Origin: Entomortierella parvispora E1425
Taxonomy: Eukaryota; Fungi; Mortierellomycota
DNA length: 64,000 nucleotides
Reading direction: 5' to 3'
Assembly (NCBI GenBank): GCA_020891255.1
Contig: BQFW01000004.1
Coordinates: 1,488,001 to 1,552,000, forward strand
Position 1 is the first letter of the stretch, and every line of letters begins with the position of its first letter. A program made the translations under genes and the position numbers. The notes beneath the pieces were generated by a model that saw nothing but the letters and a program-made list of their open reading frames with translations, was not told where the DNA came from and did not search any database. This document shows, one piece after another, positions 1-15,467 of this stretch.

Positions 1-355
1 GAAACGATCGCGATTGGCCTAGGGATCGCAAGAAGAGCTGTCAGCTTTGAGCGTGTTTAACAGCAATTTGATCATGGTCTGCGCAGAGGAAGAGCTTACC
101 CAGTGCGGGTTCTTGGGGTTATAGTTCAAGTACCTGGAGAAGAGCAGATGTCCGACAGGAGCCAGACCCATAGGTGCACCTAGTTATAAGAGCGAGAAGC
201 AGTCGTGAGAAAAAGAGGTACACATATCATTCATGCGTGGGAAGACAATGATCTGGGCACTGACCAGGGTGGCCGGAGTTGCTTTTGAAGACGGTGTCAG
301 CAGCGAGCACACGGATGGTGTTGATGGCACGGGCGTCGTCTTTTGTGAAGGTCAT
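1..355 (-). CDS. TKL1: Transketolase, 5' part (runs off window start)
   Basis: ATG at 355: MTFTKDDARAINTIRVLAADTVFKSNSGHPG | intron 264-181 (GTCAGT..CTAG) | APMGLAPVGHLLFSRYLNYNPKNPHW. This is the canonical SGHPGAPMG transketolase N-terminus. Confidence 0.93.
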
Positions 356-1033
356 GATGATAGAATAGGTGTGGGTAGTGGGAAAGGGCGTGAGTGTAGA
401 GAAGGAAGAGAGGAGAGGGGAGAAAAGGAATAAAACACACGGGTCGTGCGCACACACCGCAACGCAACCACTATGTGTGTCGTCTGTGATTAGACCCTTA
501 ACACGCCATGGTCCCTGTAGGTGCGGAAAGCAACGAAGCATCTTGACCGGTTTCTTGGGCAGAGAGCAACACAGCAAAAGGACAAAGGACACAGACCAGC
601 AGGGAACCAAGCCGATGTGGCCCCGCATGCAGGTCATGGCGCAGGGTGTTTGGCAGGGACGCAAAGATACAAACAACAGGGCAGGAACCAAGGGAGATGG
701 GGTGGTGGCGTCAGAGGGCTCAGCAATGAGACAAACGCGGGAACAAAAGTGACTGACAAATCGATCGATCTGCCGAACTTTCGCGCAGTGCGGTGAGTGC
801 AGCGAAAGTGAGCGAGGAGCGGGCGATTCAAATAAAAACGTGCCTGGCGCGATCTTTCATTCTTCTTTCCATCACTTGCTTCCTTCCCTTACTCCCTACC
901 CCTCCTCAACTCTTCGGATTCCCGTCGCCTGGTGTGAACGTTCTCTCATCTAGTCGACATCGGATCTAATCTTGCTCATCCAGCCCTGTCTTCCCCAACG
1001 CGCCGTCTGCTTCAACTCGCAAACTCATTCAAA

Positions 1034-2952
<1,919 letters not shown>

Positions 2953-3128
2953 AAGTAAAAATTATTGTGAAAAAAATAATAAAATATGTTTGTAATTCAG
3001 ATATTGACTGATGGGAAGGAAAATTGAACCAAAGGATCATCAGCAGCAACATGGCGATGGGAAGAATGAGAGACACGGATCCCTGTTTGTCTCTTACCTT
3101 CTTTTCTTCTTTCCTTACCTATCTTCAT

Positions 3129-5552
3129 ATGATGGAGAAAACTCACCCAGACAACACTGTCACAAGAGCAATGGCAACCACAATGGAATCGACATCGACA
3201 TCAGCATTTCCATCTCATACCTATCCAAAAGGCTATTCTTCCCATGGCCGACCGGCCTTAAGCTTGCCCTTGACTATGGCCTTTAATCTCGAGCTCACCA
3301 ACAAGACAAAAGACCTCAGAAGAGGCATCCATGCAGCAAACAGTGCTCTGGACGATGCTCTACCGATAGAGGATTTCACCACAATAACGATAGAACTGCA
3401 GCATGGCTTTCAAGTTTGCATTCGAGGATTGTCGCAGATAACAGGTATGTTCTGCCCAAATGGCGAGACAGGGTGAAACAGAGACAACATCACTGATCAT
3501 GCTAAATTCTCCTGATGTCTTTTTTTTTCGGTACTTCGTCTGGACAAATTGGTCTCGTTCTCTTTGCCTCCCTCAATGAAAACTGGCGACGACTTTTAAT
3601 GCTGGATGATAGTGGCTGGTCATAATGATCATATTAGGCCGGTGGTGAAGCCTCTTGCAGTTGAACTGACATTCAACTGGAGAAATCAACAATCTTGCAG
3701 AGAAATGTCCAAGTTGATTGACGCTATCAGGGCCATAAGAATCCTTGGAGAGAGCAATGAGGATGGTTCATTAGGAGTATACGCCTCTACGGCAATCCAC
3801 GATTCAAAGCGCTGGACCAGCCATGGGGTTTCTGGTGAGTAAGCAGACCCTTTTCTTTTTCTTTTTTTTTCTATTTTTTTCATTCAAGAAATTGACAGAA
3901 ACAATACAAATGGACGCAACTAACAAAAACTCGAAGCATGCCTAGTGTTTCTGGATGAGCTCGATGTCATTGCGACCACTTCAGAGACGACAACAGTACC
4001 AATGTTCGCAAAGGCGCCTCGGCGGTTCTTGGTCATCTTGTCAGCCAGTCCTATCCGGTTCTTCTTCCCGGTCTCGGTTCTAGATCCCGAACGTTTACGC
4101 CTTTACAAGAAGCCCTTTGGACAGTCTCTTCTCTCGCAGTTTTTGGTCCGCGCCGCACGGGAATCCGCAGCTTCTGCTTCAGGACTTTACGCAACCCCTG
4201 CCACTAGAATAGAGTCTGCCTCTGTTGATGAGGCTACAGCAGCCATCGATGGTTTGACATTTAAATGTCATGGAGGGACGAGGACTTCTGATGTTGAATT
4301 TGTGGTCAATTCAACTAGCACGGATGCTGTCTACCGGTCATCAGGCCCGTCAACAGCAGTGTTGGCAACAACTGGCAACAGTCACGTTACACACACCATC
4401 ATTCCCACAAGCTCACCTGGACTCCAGGACCCACAGCAGCAGAACCGCATGTACCGGCGTCCTTTTGGGGATTTTGACCTCATTATCGCGGCGCACCGAT
4501 CGATCCTACAGCAGTGGCCAGAGTTTGCTTCTTTGCTCCAGAACCACCCTCGACCATGGGATCTGCCCGTTCAACTCAAGTGTCCCTCAGGACTTGACCT
4601 CCTGGCTCTTCAAAGCGTGATCCAGTTTTTGTATTTGGGACAGATCCAAGGGCCGGGGCATCATTTTTATTACAGCCATCGTCAAGAGGCCGCTAGTTCT
4701 TTGTCAACCCTTAGCCAAGGTGACGGTAAAGGAGTTTTCACGAGGGTTGAAGGGAGTGGCGACGTTGACTGGCGCAAGATCTTTCAAGTCGCCTATCGTT
4801 TCAAAGTCCTGCCTTTATTCAATATAGCAACTGAGAGCCTCTTGCAAGAACATGAGGGTTACCTAGCTACCTCAGAGGATGTCCCCATCTGCCGCAATAG
4901 CCATACCAGTCGCGATCAGGGCCCCACGGACCAATACCTTCAGTACAGTTATGGTGTGACAAAGCGATGTCCTGTCCAGACCCTATTTCAGTGGGCGTAC
5001 CAATACCCAAACTTGGAGAAGCGCCTTTTGGGCCTAATCTTTCGACACTACCTTGTCGATCTTGTTTCCGAGGAACCCATGTCATTTCGAGCAGGTGCAA
5101 GAGTAATGAATGCAGGTCCACAGCAAGGAAGGGACGTCGCCTCTGTGAACGAAAAGGTGAAAACCGAAAGGAAAAGGAAGCGAGTAGAAGCCGGATGGTG
5201 GCAACATCAACAGTTTCTGAGGCAGGAAAAAAAGGCTAGACTGGTGGCGTTGCATGAAAAACTGAACTGCTTTCGAAATCATCCAGAGTTCTCGAGGATC
5301 CACACCATCATCTTGGCGCGGATTCTAAGACTAAAGCAAACCTCTGGATTGCACGATGCTACTTTTGATGCTGTTACGAAGGTCGACAATAGTGTTTCTG
5401 CCTCTCAGGCAACAAAGGCGACCGGTCTTCCTACACGAAAACAAGTTCCTGTGATGAGCCTGGATAATGATGATAACAGCACTGGTACTCCAAGAAAACG
5501 CAGACTGCCACCAAACCACAGTGCTATTATTCCTGACAGGCTTGCTCAATAA
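3129..5552 (+). CDS. BTB/POZ-domain-like protein (3 exons, 714 aa)
   Basis: Phase-consistent introns 3445-3612 and 3835-3945 join three ORFs. BTB-like motifs: IIAAHRSILQQWPEFASLL, LQSVIQFLYLGQI, WRKIFQVAYRFKVLPL. Confidence 0.68.
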
Positions 5553-5670
5553 AAGACGAAAATGAACATAAAATATCCAGGGCGACAAAACGGGGCTAGA
5601 TCTGACGCCGTTTTTATTTGATGTCGCAAGGTTTGTACGCGCTTCCACCGTCCGGCTCACCTTCCAGGGA

Positions 5671-7907
5671 TTAAGCTGCTGCTGCTGCGTTGTCCTTCTT
5701 TGGGGCAACACCGCCCTCCACGGTAGCTACGCCCGTAGGTCCCAACTTCAGGATTCTCTGGCGCTCCTCAGCACTGGGGATGGCCACTCCTCCTTGACGT
5801 GCCCGACTGATAATCTTTTCCGCCCATTTGACCACAGGAAGGTCAATTCTATGATGAGTAAAAGAGAACATAGAATTTTCATCAGATACCTGTTGCACGA
5901 CTCTGACTAGTTTACCATGCTCTGCCACGATCGTGCATTCACTTACACCTTGCCGTTGTAGTTGAATGCTCCAACACCTCTCTTAGAATGCTCCTGGTAT
6001 CCTTCGCTAATATCGGCGGCTCTTGCAATTTCTAGTATGTTATCATTGTCAACAAAAGACAGGATTTAGGAATCAAGAAACAGTTATGGAGCACTTGCAA
6101 TCACAGAAAAGACATCCTTACCGTGATCTGTAGGGAGGAAGCAACGCTGAATGATCTCCAGTTGACGAGGGTGTACGGCCTGCTTGCCCAAAAATCCCAT
6201 TCTGCGTCCGAATTCGCACTCTTCTTTCAAAATATCATCGTTCTTGTAATCCATGCACACCTAAAATTCAGACAGATACAAAAACAGATATGAGGGTCAT
6301 CTTCTCGAAGAAACTACGCATTTGATACAAAAGGCTGGAGCCAGAAAGTTACAAGATCAATAGCTTGGAGTCCGTAAGCATGGGCTGCAGTAACAATGGC
6401 CGAGCGACCGTACAACATTTCCATTCCTTCGCGGGTTCTTGTCAAACCGAGATCAGCACAATAATCTTCCGCAGCAAACTAACATAGGTTTTTCCCACAA
6501 AAAAGTTAGATGAGCCCAAGACGATTTCAGCGGCAAGAAGGATCACCCGTTTTCATTACCACCAAAGCATCAACGCGAGGATCCGCGGTGGCAATCTCCT
6601 TGAGGTTCATCACTCCCAGAGCACTTTCAATGGACGCGATGATTCTAACATTCTTGCGACTAGCGGAAAAAATGGTGACGAAGTAGAATGGTGAGCATTC
6701 AGTTCCTGCTGCGATAAAAAGCTTTCATCAAGTGACTTCTTACGTGATGAATGGAGCAACGCTATCGACCATCTGACTGACAAACTGGATGTCCTTTGCA
6801 GACTGGACCTTTGGGATGACAATGGCCTGAAGTCGGCTCGACCGAAGCTAATGTACCATGTTCCGAAATATAGTGAGCACGTCATGTCCCAAATTTTTGC
6901 CATATCGGGACGAGCTCCAAAAAACAAAACCTGATCCCGACAAAAACACAGCAGGTGCCCACATACCACGACATTTAAGTCATCAAACTCGAGTCCTGAT
7001 CCAACAGCATTGATCCGCACTGCCTTCTCAGCCTTTCGGTGTTCAGAAGCCTCCAGGGCATCAAAGACCATCTCTCGGGCAATGTTCTTGCGGTTATGAG
7101 CCACACCGTCTTCAAGATCATAGACGAGACAATCCGCTGCCAATGATAAGGATGACTTCAATTTGCGCTCATCACTTCCAGGAACTGATGCCCGTCAAAG
7201 AGATTGAAAGGAGCAAGAAAAAAAAGAAAAAAAAAAAGTCAGATTCTAGCAGAGAAATAAAGACGTTCGGCTTCTGACACAAGGAGTCATTCACGCCTAA
7301 TGTGGCCGCTATTGTAAAGAAAGTGTACACCTGGACCATTACCGTAAAAGATGGACCTCCGAATCCGCTTCTCGGGCTCAATCGCATTCAGGCCATCGAC
7401 GCCACCAATTCCAGCAGCTCCTCCTCCAACTCCTCCTGAAGCCAAGGGCGATCCTGGTGACGAAGCCGACACAGAAGATCCCGAATTCGTGTCATTGGCG
7501 GGGACTGGAAAAGATGTGCTCAGATGTCTTGTACTCCTAAATGCAGTCATGGCGCTCTGTGTGCACACTAAGAAGCAAAAAAAGGAAAAAAAAATCGGCG
7601 CATCGGTATGACGTGAAAGTAATGGAGACATTGGGGTCAATGAATACAAAGAGAGGAATCGAGATAAAGGATATGAAGAGGCAGTTGCCCATGCATCCTC
7701 GCTCCCTCCTTGAGTCACATCCCGAACCGATTCATCAATGTTGGTGGAGTCTTTTTGTTTTCTCTGGCGCGTTCATTCCGAATCTTGGCAGTCCATCCAA
7801 TGCGACGCGTTGTTGCTTTAAAGTGAAGTCCGTCTCATACCCATGGCTGTTCCATGAGCCCGCCGGAATGTGCCGTGGGCGACACTGGTTCGTAGTGCAG
7901 CAAGCAT
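5671..7907 (-). CDS. CLYBL: Citrate lyase beta-subunit-like / citramalyl-CoA lyase (HpcH/HpaI family), mitochondrial
   Basis: RIRRSIFY|VPGS..KLKSSLSLAADCLVYDLEDGV, AVRINAVGSG, and C-terminal IDLPVVKWAEKII. The proposed first exon MLAALRTSVAHGTFRRAHGTAM resembles a mitochondrial presequence. Several short internal exons were not fully resolved. Confidence 0.88.
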
Positions 7908-8133
7908 TGGTGGTGTAGAGGATGATTGATGAAGGAAGATGGTTGAGTGAACAAGAAGAACATTCAAAGAAAAAGAGCGAACCGAGGCACCGCAGGAAGG
8001 ACGAACGCATGCACGTGACTTGTTCATTCGGCGCGTCTGGGCAGCGTGGGAAGACTTGAGTCTTTATTGTGTTTTTGTTTTCTGCCTGCGACTCATTGCA
8101 CATCGAGTCCTCAGGGCCTTGGTTCACTTTTAC

Positions 8134-11100
8134 TTAAAGTTCACGTCGGTCCAGTACCATGCTACTCCTGCGTCTCGCGATCTTGCCTCCACGGATAACA
8201 AATCCAGACTCACGCGCCAGCTCTGAATCCTCTCCGACCGAGAATCCGGTCGGCCGGCCTTGTGCCGACGCACTGGTACTACCTTCGGATGCAGTCCTGA
8301 TATGGGAAATGCGGTGGGCCTCATCTTCTGAATCTTCATCTGACGACTCGATCATATGGCTGTCATCTTCATCCGAATCGATCAAAGACCCATGAGTGGA
8401 AAGCTATTGATGCATAGAAAAATTTAGCGCCCATTAGTGAATCTTCCTCACATATCCATTGTAATGCAAAAGGGGGTGGATGCGAAACTTACAGCGTTGT
8501 AGGGGTCATAATACTCTTCGCCTTCCTCTGCATTCCAGTGTCGAGGTTTCTTGCCCAACAACTCCTTCCAGTTCCACTCGATCCTGTAATTGGAGAACCC
8601 AGTGTCGGCTTGGCCAGTCTGGCGGTGCTCTGTGGGCGGAGGCATTTGATGGAAGGGATGCTCCTGCTGCTTACTGCCTCCGAATCGCTTTGGTGTAAAA
8701 GTTCCGCTCTTAGGAGTACCAGGTCCAAATCGCGAGGGAGTGGAAGGCCCAGGAGTTGTAGGGCGACTTCCAGCCCTGCTCGAGAATCCTGACACAGATG
8801 CAGAGTAACGGTTGGAAGTAGGCACTAATGGTGTCGATGGCATGTACGGCGATCCAAGGGGCAGCGCGGCTCTAGTATGTCGCTCTCCAAAGTATTCAAG
8901 CTCCTCCAGATCCTCCTCTTGCAAAACTTGCTCCTCCTCATCTGAATAAGCATCCGTCCGGACCGCTAGAACCTTAAGTCCCTTGCCCTTATTGACTGTA
9001 GCCGAGGCAGTGGATGATGAAATTGGCAATGACTCGCGTGGCATGTTGGGATCCAGAGCATAGAGTCGTCCTTCAGATCCGCTACGACTGGAAGTGGTAC
9101 CTTGCGCAGAACTAGATGTCGCAGTGGTGTATCGACTCGTTGCTTGTGGATACCTTGAGAGAACCTCCTTAGCCTCTGCCACGGCAGCCGCAGAACTTTT
9201 CTGCTCTCGCAAATTCAGTCGTCTCTGTCTCTCAGCAGCATCGATCATAATATCTTCGCTGATAGAGCGCTCCTGGATTGGGCTAGTTGTGTCGATCTGA
9301 AGCGCCAATCCAGCAAGGCGACGAGGTTCCTGGATAGTCTCTGTATCGTATATTTTTCCGGAAGTCGTCATCTCAGACGCAGTGGACTCTGCCGTGGTTG
9401 TTTGCCCATGGCTCTTGGATAACGTTCTTGTTTCCGTTGTGGCAATAGTTCTCAGGCCCACATGATGAACCCCTGGAGGAGTGTGGACTCTGGTTATCTC
9501 TTGCGAGACACCAGTTGAACTTGACCCTTTAACAGAAGAACTAGATTTGCTTTGCGAAGAATGTCCTGTCTTAGCCTGTAGAGCCGTGCTTGAGCTTGTA
9601 GTAGTGGACCCAGTAGATGCGGTCAGGCGACTTGCCTCTTGGGAACTGCTGACGGTGACGGTGCGGCGGCCTTCGCCCTGGAAGTAGCTTCCAGAGCGAG
9701 GGCCAGCTGGAATCTCAAACATCTTTTCACCACCGGTGGAACTGGCAGTGGTCTTTGAGCTGACCATTTCTCCGTTTACAAACTGTCTGCGAGTGATTGT
9801 AGTTGTGGTGGTTGTCCTGACAAACCGGTGGGAGCCAGGTGAAGTAATCTTGGTGACTGTTGATGAACTGGATGCTCCACCAGTCAACGCAGTAGAGGAG
9901 CTTTCCGAGATTGTTCTCGATGCGCCGCTTGCTGAGGTCGATATGCCCTCACGAGTTTCGACTTTTGTTGTAGTAGAATCAGCAGAGCCAGCAGCTGCCA
10001 GGATTGCAGCTCCTCCGGCCATAACAGCTCCCCCAGCAATAGCCGCCCCTCCAGCCATAGCGGCGGATGTTGATAGTTGACCAGATCCAACCTCCCGCTG
10101 GCCAATATGACGCGAGATCTCTTCAGTCTTAGCATCTTCTTTCCTCACCTGAGCCGAGTGAGAAGGAGACGCCGTTGCAATGGCGACACCTGGTCCAGCA
10201 GTTCCAGAGTGAGTTGCAGTCGTAGTCCGCACATACCCATCCCAGGTGGTGCCTGCACCACCCGGAGTTGTCGTGCCCGATGCTGACCGTCGATCATGTC
10301 GAAGAGGCAATGCCAGGATGACTTCTTCATCCTCAATGCGCAACTTCTTCTTGTGGAGAGCCATGTTAGGGGGATCCCAGGCGTTCCTGAACACGTATTG
10401 AGAACTTCCTTGTTGTTGTTGAAGCTTTTGCTCCTCTCTGAGTTTTGCAAGCTTGGTCAGGCGGATTTGCTCAAGACGCATCTCCTCTTCCTTGATACGG
10501 GCTTCTTCTTGCTCCTTCTGCCATCGCTCTTCTTCCTCGCGTTGCTTTTGGATGAGTTCTGCTTCGTATTGCTCCTGACGCGCCTTCGCCTCATAAGCAA
10601 GCATGTCTTCGAGGCCGTATCCCTTGCGAATTCCCAACGCACTGCTCTTGCGACTTCTTGGCCGTCTCTTCTCTGTCTTTTGAAGCATGGACATCTGTAC
10701 ACCTCGGTCGACATCCCAGGCGTTCACCAGCCTAAAGTTCTCAAACGCCTGGCTCCCGGTGGCCTTTTCATGTTCTTCTTCACGACGACGGTCCTCCTCG
10801 TATCTAGCAAACTCTTGAAGACGAATCTCCTCCAGAGCGGATTCTTCGCTTTCGAGTCGTCTCGCTGCCTCAAGCTCTTTCTGACGTGAACGCTCCTCAG
10901 CGTGAGCTGCAAAATTGTAGTAAGTTCTGGTAGGTGTTCTAAGGCCACCCTTTGGCGTGTTAGGACCGCTAGACTCCCAAGGGAAAACGGGGCGTCCTTT
11001 ACCAGATGGCACCGGGGTGTTGTCGGCGTTGGTGGTGTTCTCGATTTGCAGTGGCTCAGGCTCCATTTTAGGATGTGCCATCCTCGGGTCTTCGGGGAGA

Positions 11101-14100
11101 TCCCAAGCGTTAGGATAATACATGTCGGGCAGTCCAACGGGCTCAGGTATGATCGCAGAAAAGACGGCGACACTGGCAGCCACGTCTGGAGAGTCGATGG
11201 CGACAGGCAAGCGATACCGATAGTCCGTCAAATGGTGTGGGTTGATCTCTCGATCTATTGAGCTATGTGAACCATTCAGGTGATGATGAGTCTGCCTCTC
11301 ATCGGTACTATTTTCAGTGCAATCGGGCTCGTATCGGTGGGACCCTGGTTCTGGCAGTTCTGGGATCTTGACAGGGGGAGGAGGGGGCTGGTAATGGTAA
11401 TCGGTGAGATGATGAGGGTTATGAACAAAGTGTGGGTCTTCGTGATGATGCTGCTCCTCTTTGTGTTCGTGGTGGTGGTGATGGTGGTGTTCGTGATACT
11501 CGTGATTTTCTTGATGTTCTTGGTGGTTGTTGTGGTGATGATGATGTTCTTGATGCTGGGTATTGTGGTGATCGTGATGGCCATGCACGTGGTGCACATG
11601 GTGCTGATAATGGTCATGATGGCCCTGTGGGTGGCCATGACGATCGTGATGTTGACCTTGTCCGTCGTGATGATGATGATGGTGCTGGTGCCACTCCATT
11701 CTTTCGGCTAAGCGTGGTGGAATAGGCGGCTGCCAATGGGAAATCGCACCATGGTCCCCGTCCAGACCAGATGGCTGTGGTTGTGGCTGCTGCTGCTGGT
11801 TTTGATGGTCGTAGGCCTGGAACCAGCCGTCATAGTGGGGCTTCTTTTCTTGCTCTGGTTCCGCTGGCTGACCATCCAGTCCAACACGGTCCCACTGACT
11901 GGTAGGCGGTAGGTCATAGCCGTGTGTCACTTCATGGATGTCGGAAGGCTAATTATCGTTTTAAATAAAAGGCACGAAAGGAAAGGTCAGTCACCCGTCT
12001 CACATCAAGTTCTGGCCAACAGGCCTTTCTTCGCCAGGATGGAGGTCCGACCAGCGTCCCCAGAAGAACCTTTTTGGCTTCTTTGCATCCCGCCACTGCT
12101 TTAAGGTTTTCGCGTGTCTCTGCAGCAAACAGGAACACGACCCGCAGACTCCTGCCCACACACACGAATCCCGGTCTGTTCCAGGCCCTGGGCCTTGCCA
12201 TTGCTGTTAGTCAGCAAGCGCAAGTTACTATACCACCGAAGTAGCCAACCTCCCAGATGGTCTTAAACAATGTCCACTCACACCCCAGTACCAAAGACCT
12301 GATCACTCACACCCACCGTCGCCTCACATCAACGTTTTTTTCTCCGCTCCAAGAGATAAAGAAATAAGAAAAAAAAAGTGAGCATCTCGAGCTCAGACCA
12401 TGCCCAACCCCATCCCGGCATGGCCGCACAGGGCCTGAGCCCACTCGTAGAAAAGCGTATCGGGATTGCGGTCATTGATTAAAAAAAAGAAGGAAAGTGA
12501 GCACCCTCTCTCGGCGATCCAGGTGTCGAGATAAAGAAGTTGGCGGTGGTGAAAATGGTGCCATTACAGTGAATCATTCCATACCTTGCCACCGACATAT
12601 TTGTCATAGACATTCCACCATTGCTGGACCAACTCAATTGAGTCTGTTGATGATGTGTTGCGGGGAAAGACAGTTCCGTCCGCAAAGCGAAGCCATTGCC
12701 ATGGCTTAAAGGCACCGATAAAGTGGACAACGGCAAGCCGGTCTCTGTTCTGTTGAAACGCAGGCGCATAACTGATAGTTGTGACCCCAATGGTTTAAGG
12801 TAAAGCAAATAAAGAAGAAATGTTAGTTGAGTTGTTGGTTCCAATGACCAGGTGTGAGTGAAAGGGCGATGAGACTTGTGAAGGACAAAAAGACCAGAGG
12901 AGCACGAATCACCACCAGAATTGAATCAACATCATGGTTGCAGTGGTTCCGGTGATAGGCCGCGAAGAGGCGGCCCAACAAAATAAAACTAGCCTTCTCA
13001 ACAACCACAATCCCGTCCATCCGCATGAGGATTGGGCGAGCACAAGAGCACAAAAGGAAGAACAAGGAAGGAGGATGCGAACGAAAGGAGGGAAGCAATT
13101 GGACGATTCCATCCGATTGTTAGTTGGAACCTTTCCCCACGCCCTTGCGCAACGGCCTGTTGACCACTCCTGAAAGTACGTTCAGGCTGCACGCTCTCCC
13201 GTCCCCCACCCCTTGTCTGCTGTTTGGATTAGGAGATCTATGAGGAAGTGTTCTTAGGGGTGCAGAGGGACCTATCTCGTCTTCATGTGTCATTCCTGTT
13301 GGGAAAGTGACGGACAACAAAGCATGTGGAAGGCAGATAATAAGGAACGATGTCATCGCGTCCAAAAAAAAAAAAATAAGAGGGAAGGGAGTGTTTCTGG
13401 GACCATGACTGACCTGTACACCGCCGTTGGCGTGGTGTTGTAGACAAAGGGGAGACGGTTGCTAGCCTCGCCTCGGGACCATCCTCCAAAGTAGCTGTTC
13501 AGAAGTCCTTGGTCGCCGCCTTTTTTTTCATGTCAGTCGTTCAAAGCAGACAGGAAGCAAAAAAGGAAAAGGCAGCTGTTTGTGAGTGGGGAGAGCGAAA
13601 CACAATAATCTTCAGGCATCCCAACATTCCCCCCTCGCTGATAACGGCGACACTTCTTCTTTACCGTCAAAGGTGCCCTCCTGGTTAGCCATGTCAATCA
13701 GTCCCTGATAATCCTCGAACGTCGGTCGACAAACAAACACGCCAGAGTTGAAGCAATCGGGCCATCCAGCGTCTGGGGCGGCTGCAAAACGTTTGTTTCG
13801 ATCCTTATCGTCTATCGCCCCGTTAGCAGCGGTGTCAAACAACTCGTCGATATTCCGGAGAACGAGTGTGTCGGCGTCCAGGAAGATGACCTTGGAGTAT
13901 TGAGTCTGATTGAAGACATGGATCTTTGTGAGGGTTATGCCGAGCTCGGGGCGGCCGAGGAGTTCGAGGTTTGCTTTCGAATGAGAGTCAATCTCTCCAA
14001 TCTCGATCACTGCATCATAGACATTGGCGAGCTTGTCACGAATGGGGCGCGAGACTTGAGCAGTAATGAGAATGGCCAACTGCTTGGTAGTCTGGCTCGC

Positions 14101-14175
14101 ACGCAAGGAGTGGCCGAGCACGAGTGCGCCACTGGCATATGAGTTGTTGGTAAGGAGGGTGATGAATGCCTCCAT
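8134..14175 (-). CDS. GYG1: Glycogenin (GT8) with very long C-terminal extension, 5 exons, ~1,509 aa
   Basis: Exons 14175-13665, 13519-13414, 12771-12585, 11948-8493, 8403-8134 splice in frame. Motifs: LTKIHVF, LDADTL (DXD), PDAGWPDCFNSGVF, FDGGDQGLLNSYF, YSYAPAF (autoglucosylation Tyr), VVHFIGAFKPW. Confidence 0.88.
11410..11690 (-). repeat. Histidine-rich low-complexity coding tract (CAC/CAT-rich) in glycogenin exon 4
   Basis: HQHHHHHHDGQGQHHDRHGHPQGHHDHYQHHVHHVHGHHDHH...HHHHHHHEHKEEQHHHEDPHFVHNPHH. Confidence 0.9.
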
Positions 14176-15299
14176 GCGGAAAAAAAGAGAGGTCGAACGG
14201 AAAAGAAGAGGAATGCTAATGGAATGACGCTGGGCCGGCCTATTTCCGAGGTCGTCGTGTCGAGCGGATGCGGGACAATGAGAGGAGAAGGAAGGGGAGG
14301 AGTGGAGAGTGCAAGGGGTGCGAAGGAAAGAAGAGAAAAGAAAAGAGAAGGAACGGAAAGCAAAGAGAAGGAGGAAAGGGAAGAACGCGTCCGGTGTGCT
14401 CTGTCTGTGAGTCGGACTCTGTGACAGACGGGCACACCTCGCAGACAAACCGACGGGCAGACGGTCGCACCGCGTGGACCAAGAAAAAAAAAAAAAAAAA
14501 AAAAGACCCTGGACGACCTGGCTCGCTTCTCTCCTTCTCTACACTCAACAAACAACAAACAACCACAACCACACAGACCCTTTTCACCCTTCCTCCCCCA
14601 CTCTTTGTTACTCATCCTCTTTCGTTGCCTTGGCACCCTGCCTTGACTCACCCCAACAGACCGATTTCCTACCTCTTATCTCAGGGCAGGCTGAGGGGAG
14701 GAGTGATCTTCTACTCGCAGATCGTGGTCGCGCGACATCAACTGGGCGTCAACTGGCTTGTAATGGCTGCTTGGTTGGCACGCAGTGCAGCCGCGTGCAT
14801 CCTCCCAGGACTGACATGCACTGAACGTGCGCGTGGGATCGTGCGCGTCCTTTCTCCCTGCTGTCCTCACTTTGCGCCACCAACTCTATCCAGCCCAAAT
14901 CAACGGGCAGGATCTAATCAACGCTTGCAAGCGACACGATGCTTTTTGAACTGCTAGTCTCCCCTATTTTCCGCCAATGCTTCCAGAAGGACTTTCGTAA
15001 CTTATGGTCCCTCCTCCGACCATCATAAACAATGTGCTTCGATGCGACAAATAACTTCATTCATGAATTCGGGTAGGACGACTTTGAGTGCAAGTGTCCA
15101 CAGTGGATCTCAAACTGGAAAAAGACGAAGAGCCAAACTGCTCAACCCCCATCACCGCTATCCGACTTCCTCCAGGAAGAACATTAGCCTACCTCCTTTC
15201 TTGTGCCCCCGAAGAGAATCAAGTTACACAAAAACGAAGGAAGGGCCAAGAATCTTCTCGTGGCCTCGAAGAAATGAAGCAGGCCATGCTTAACAGAAC

Positions 15300-15467
15300 T
15301 TCTAGCAATGATGAAAACTCTACGGCCCACATGGTTGTCATCTAAAAGACTAATATGGAGGCAGAGTGAATTGAAACACGACCCAACAGATATTGCTAGT
15401 ACTCGTTGGGATGTCGAAACCACCGACAACGTTGCTGCGCAGGGTTTCTAGCAGTGACGAAAACTCT
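15300..15467 (+). repeat. Dispersed 22-bp direct repeat (2 copies, 20/22 identical)
   Basis: ttctagcaatgatgaaaactct (15300-15321) and ttctagcagtgacgaaaactct (15446-15467). Confidence 0.75.

Noticed and set aside
11280-11711. 143-aa very hydrophobic Met/Val-rich ORF on the + strand resembling a membrane protein
   Set aside because: It is the antisense shadow of the CAC/CAT poly-His tract in glycogenin.
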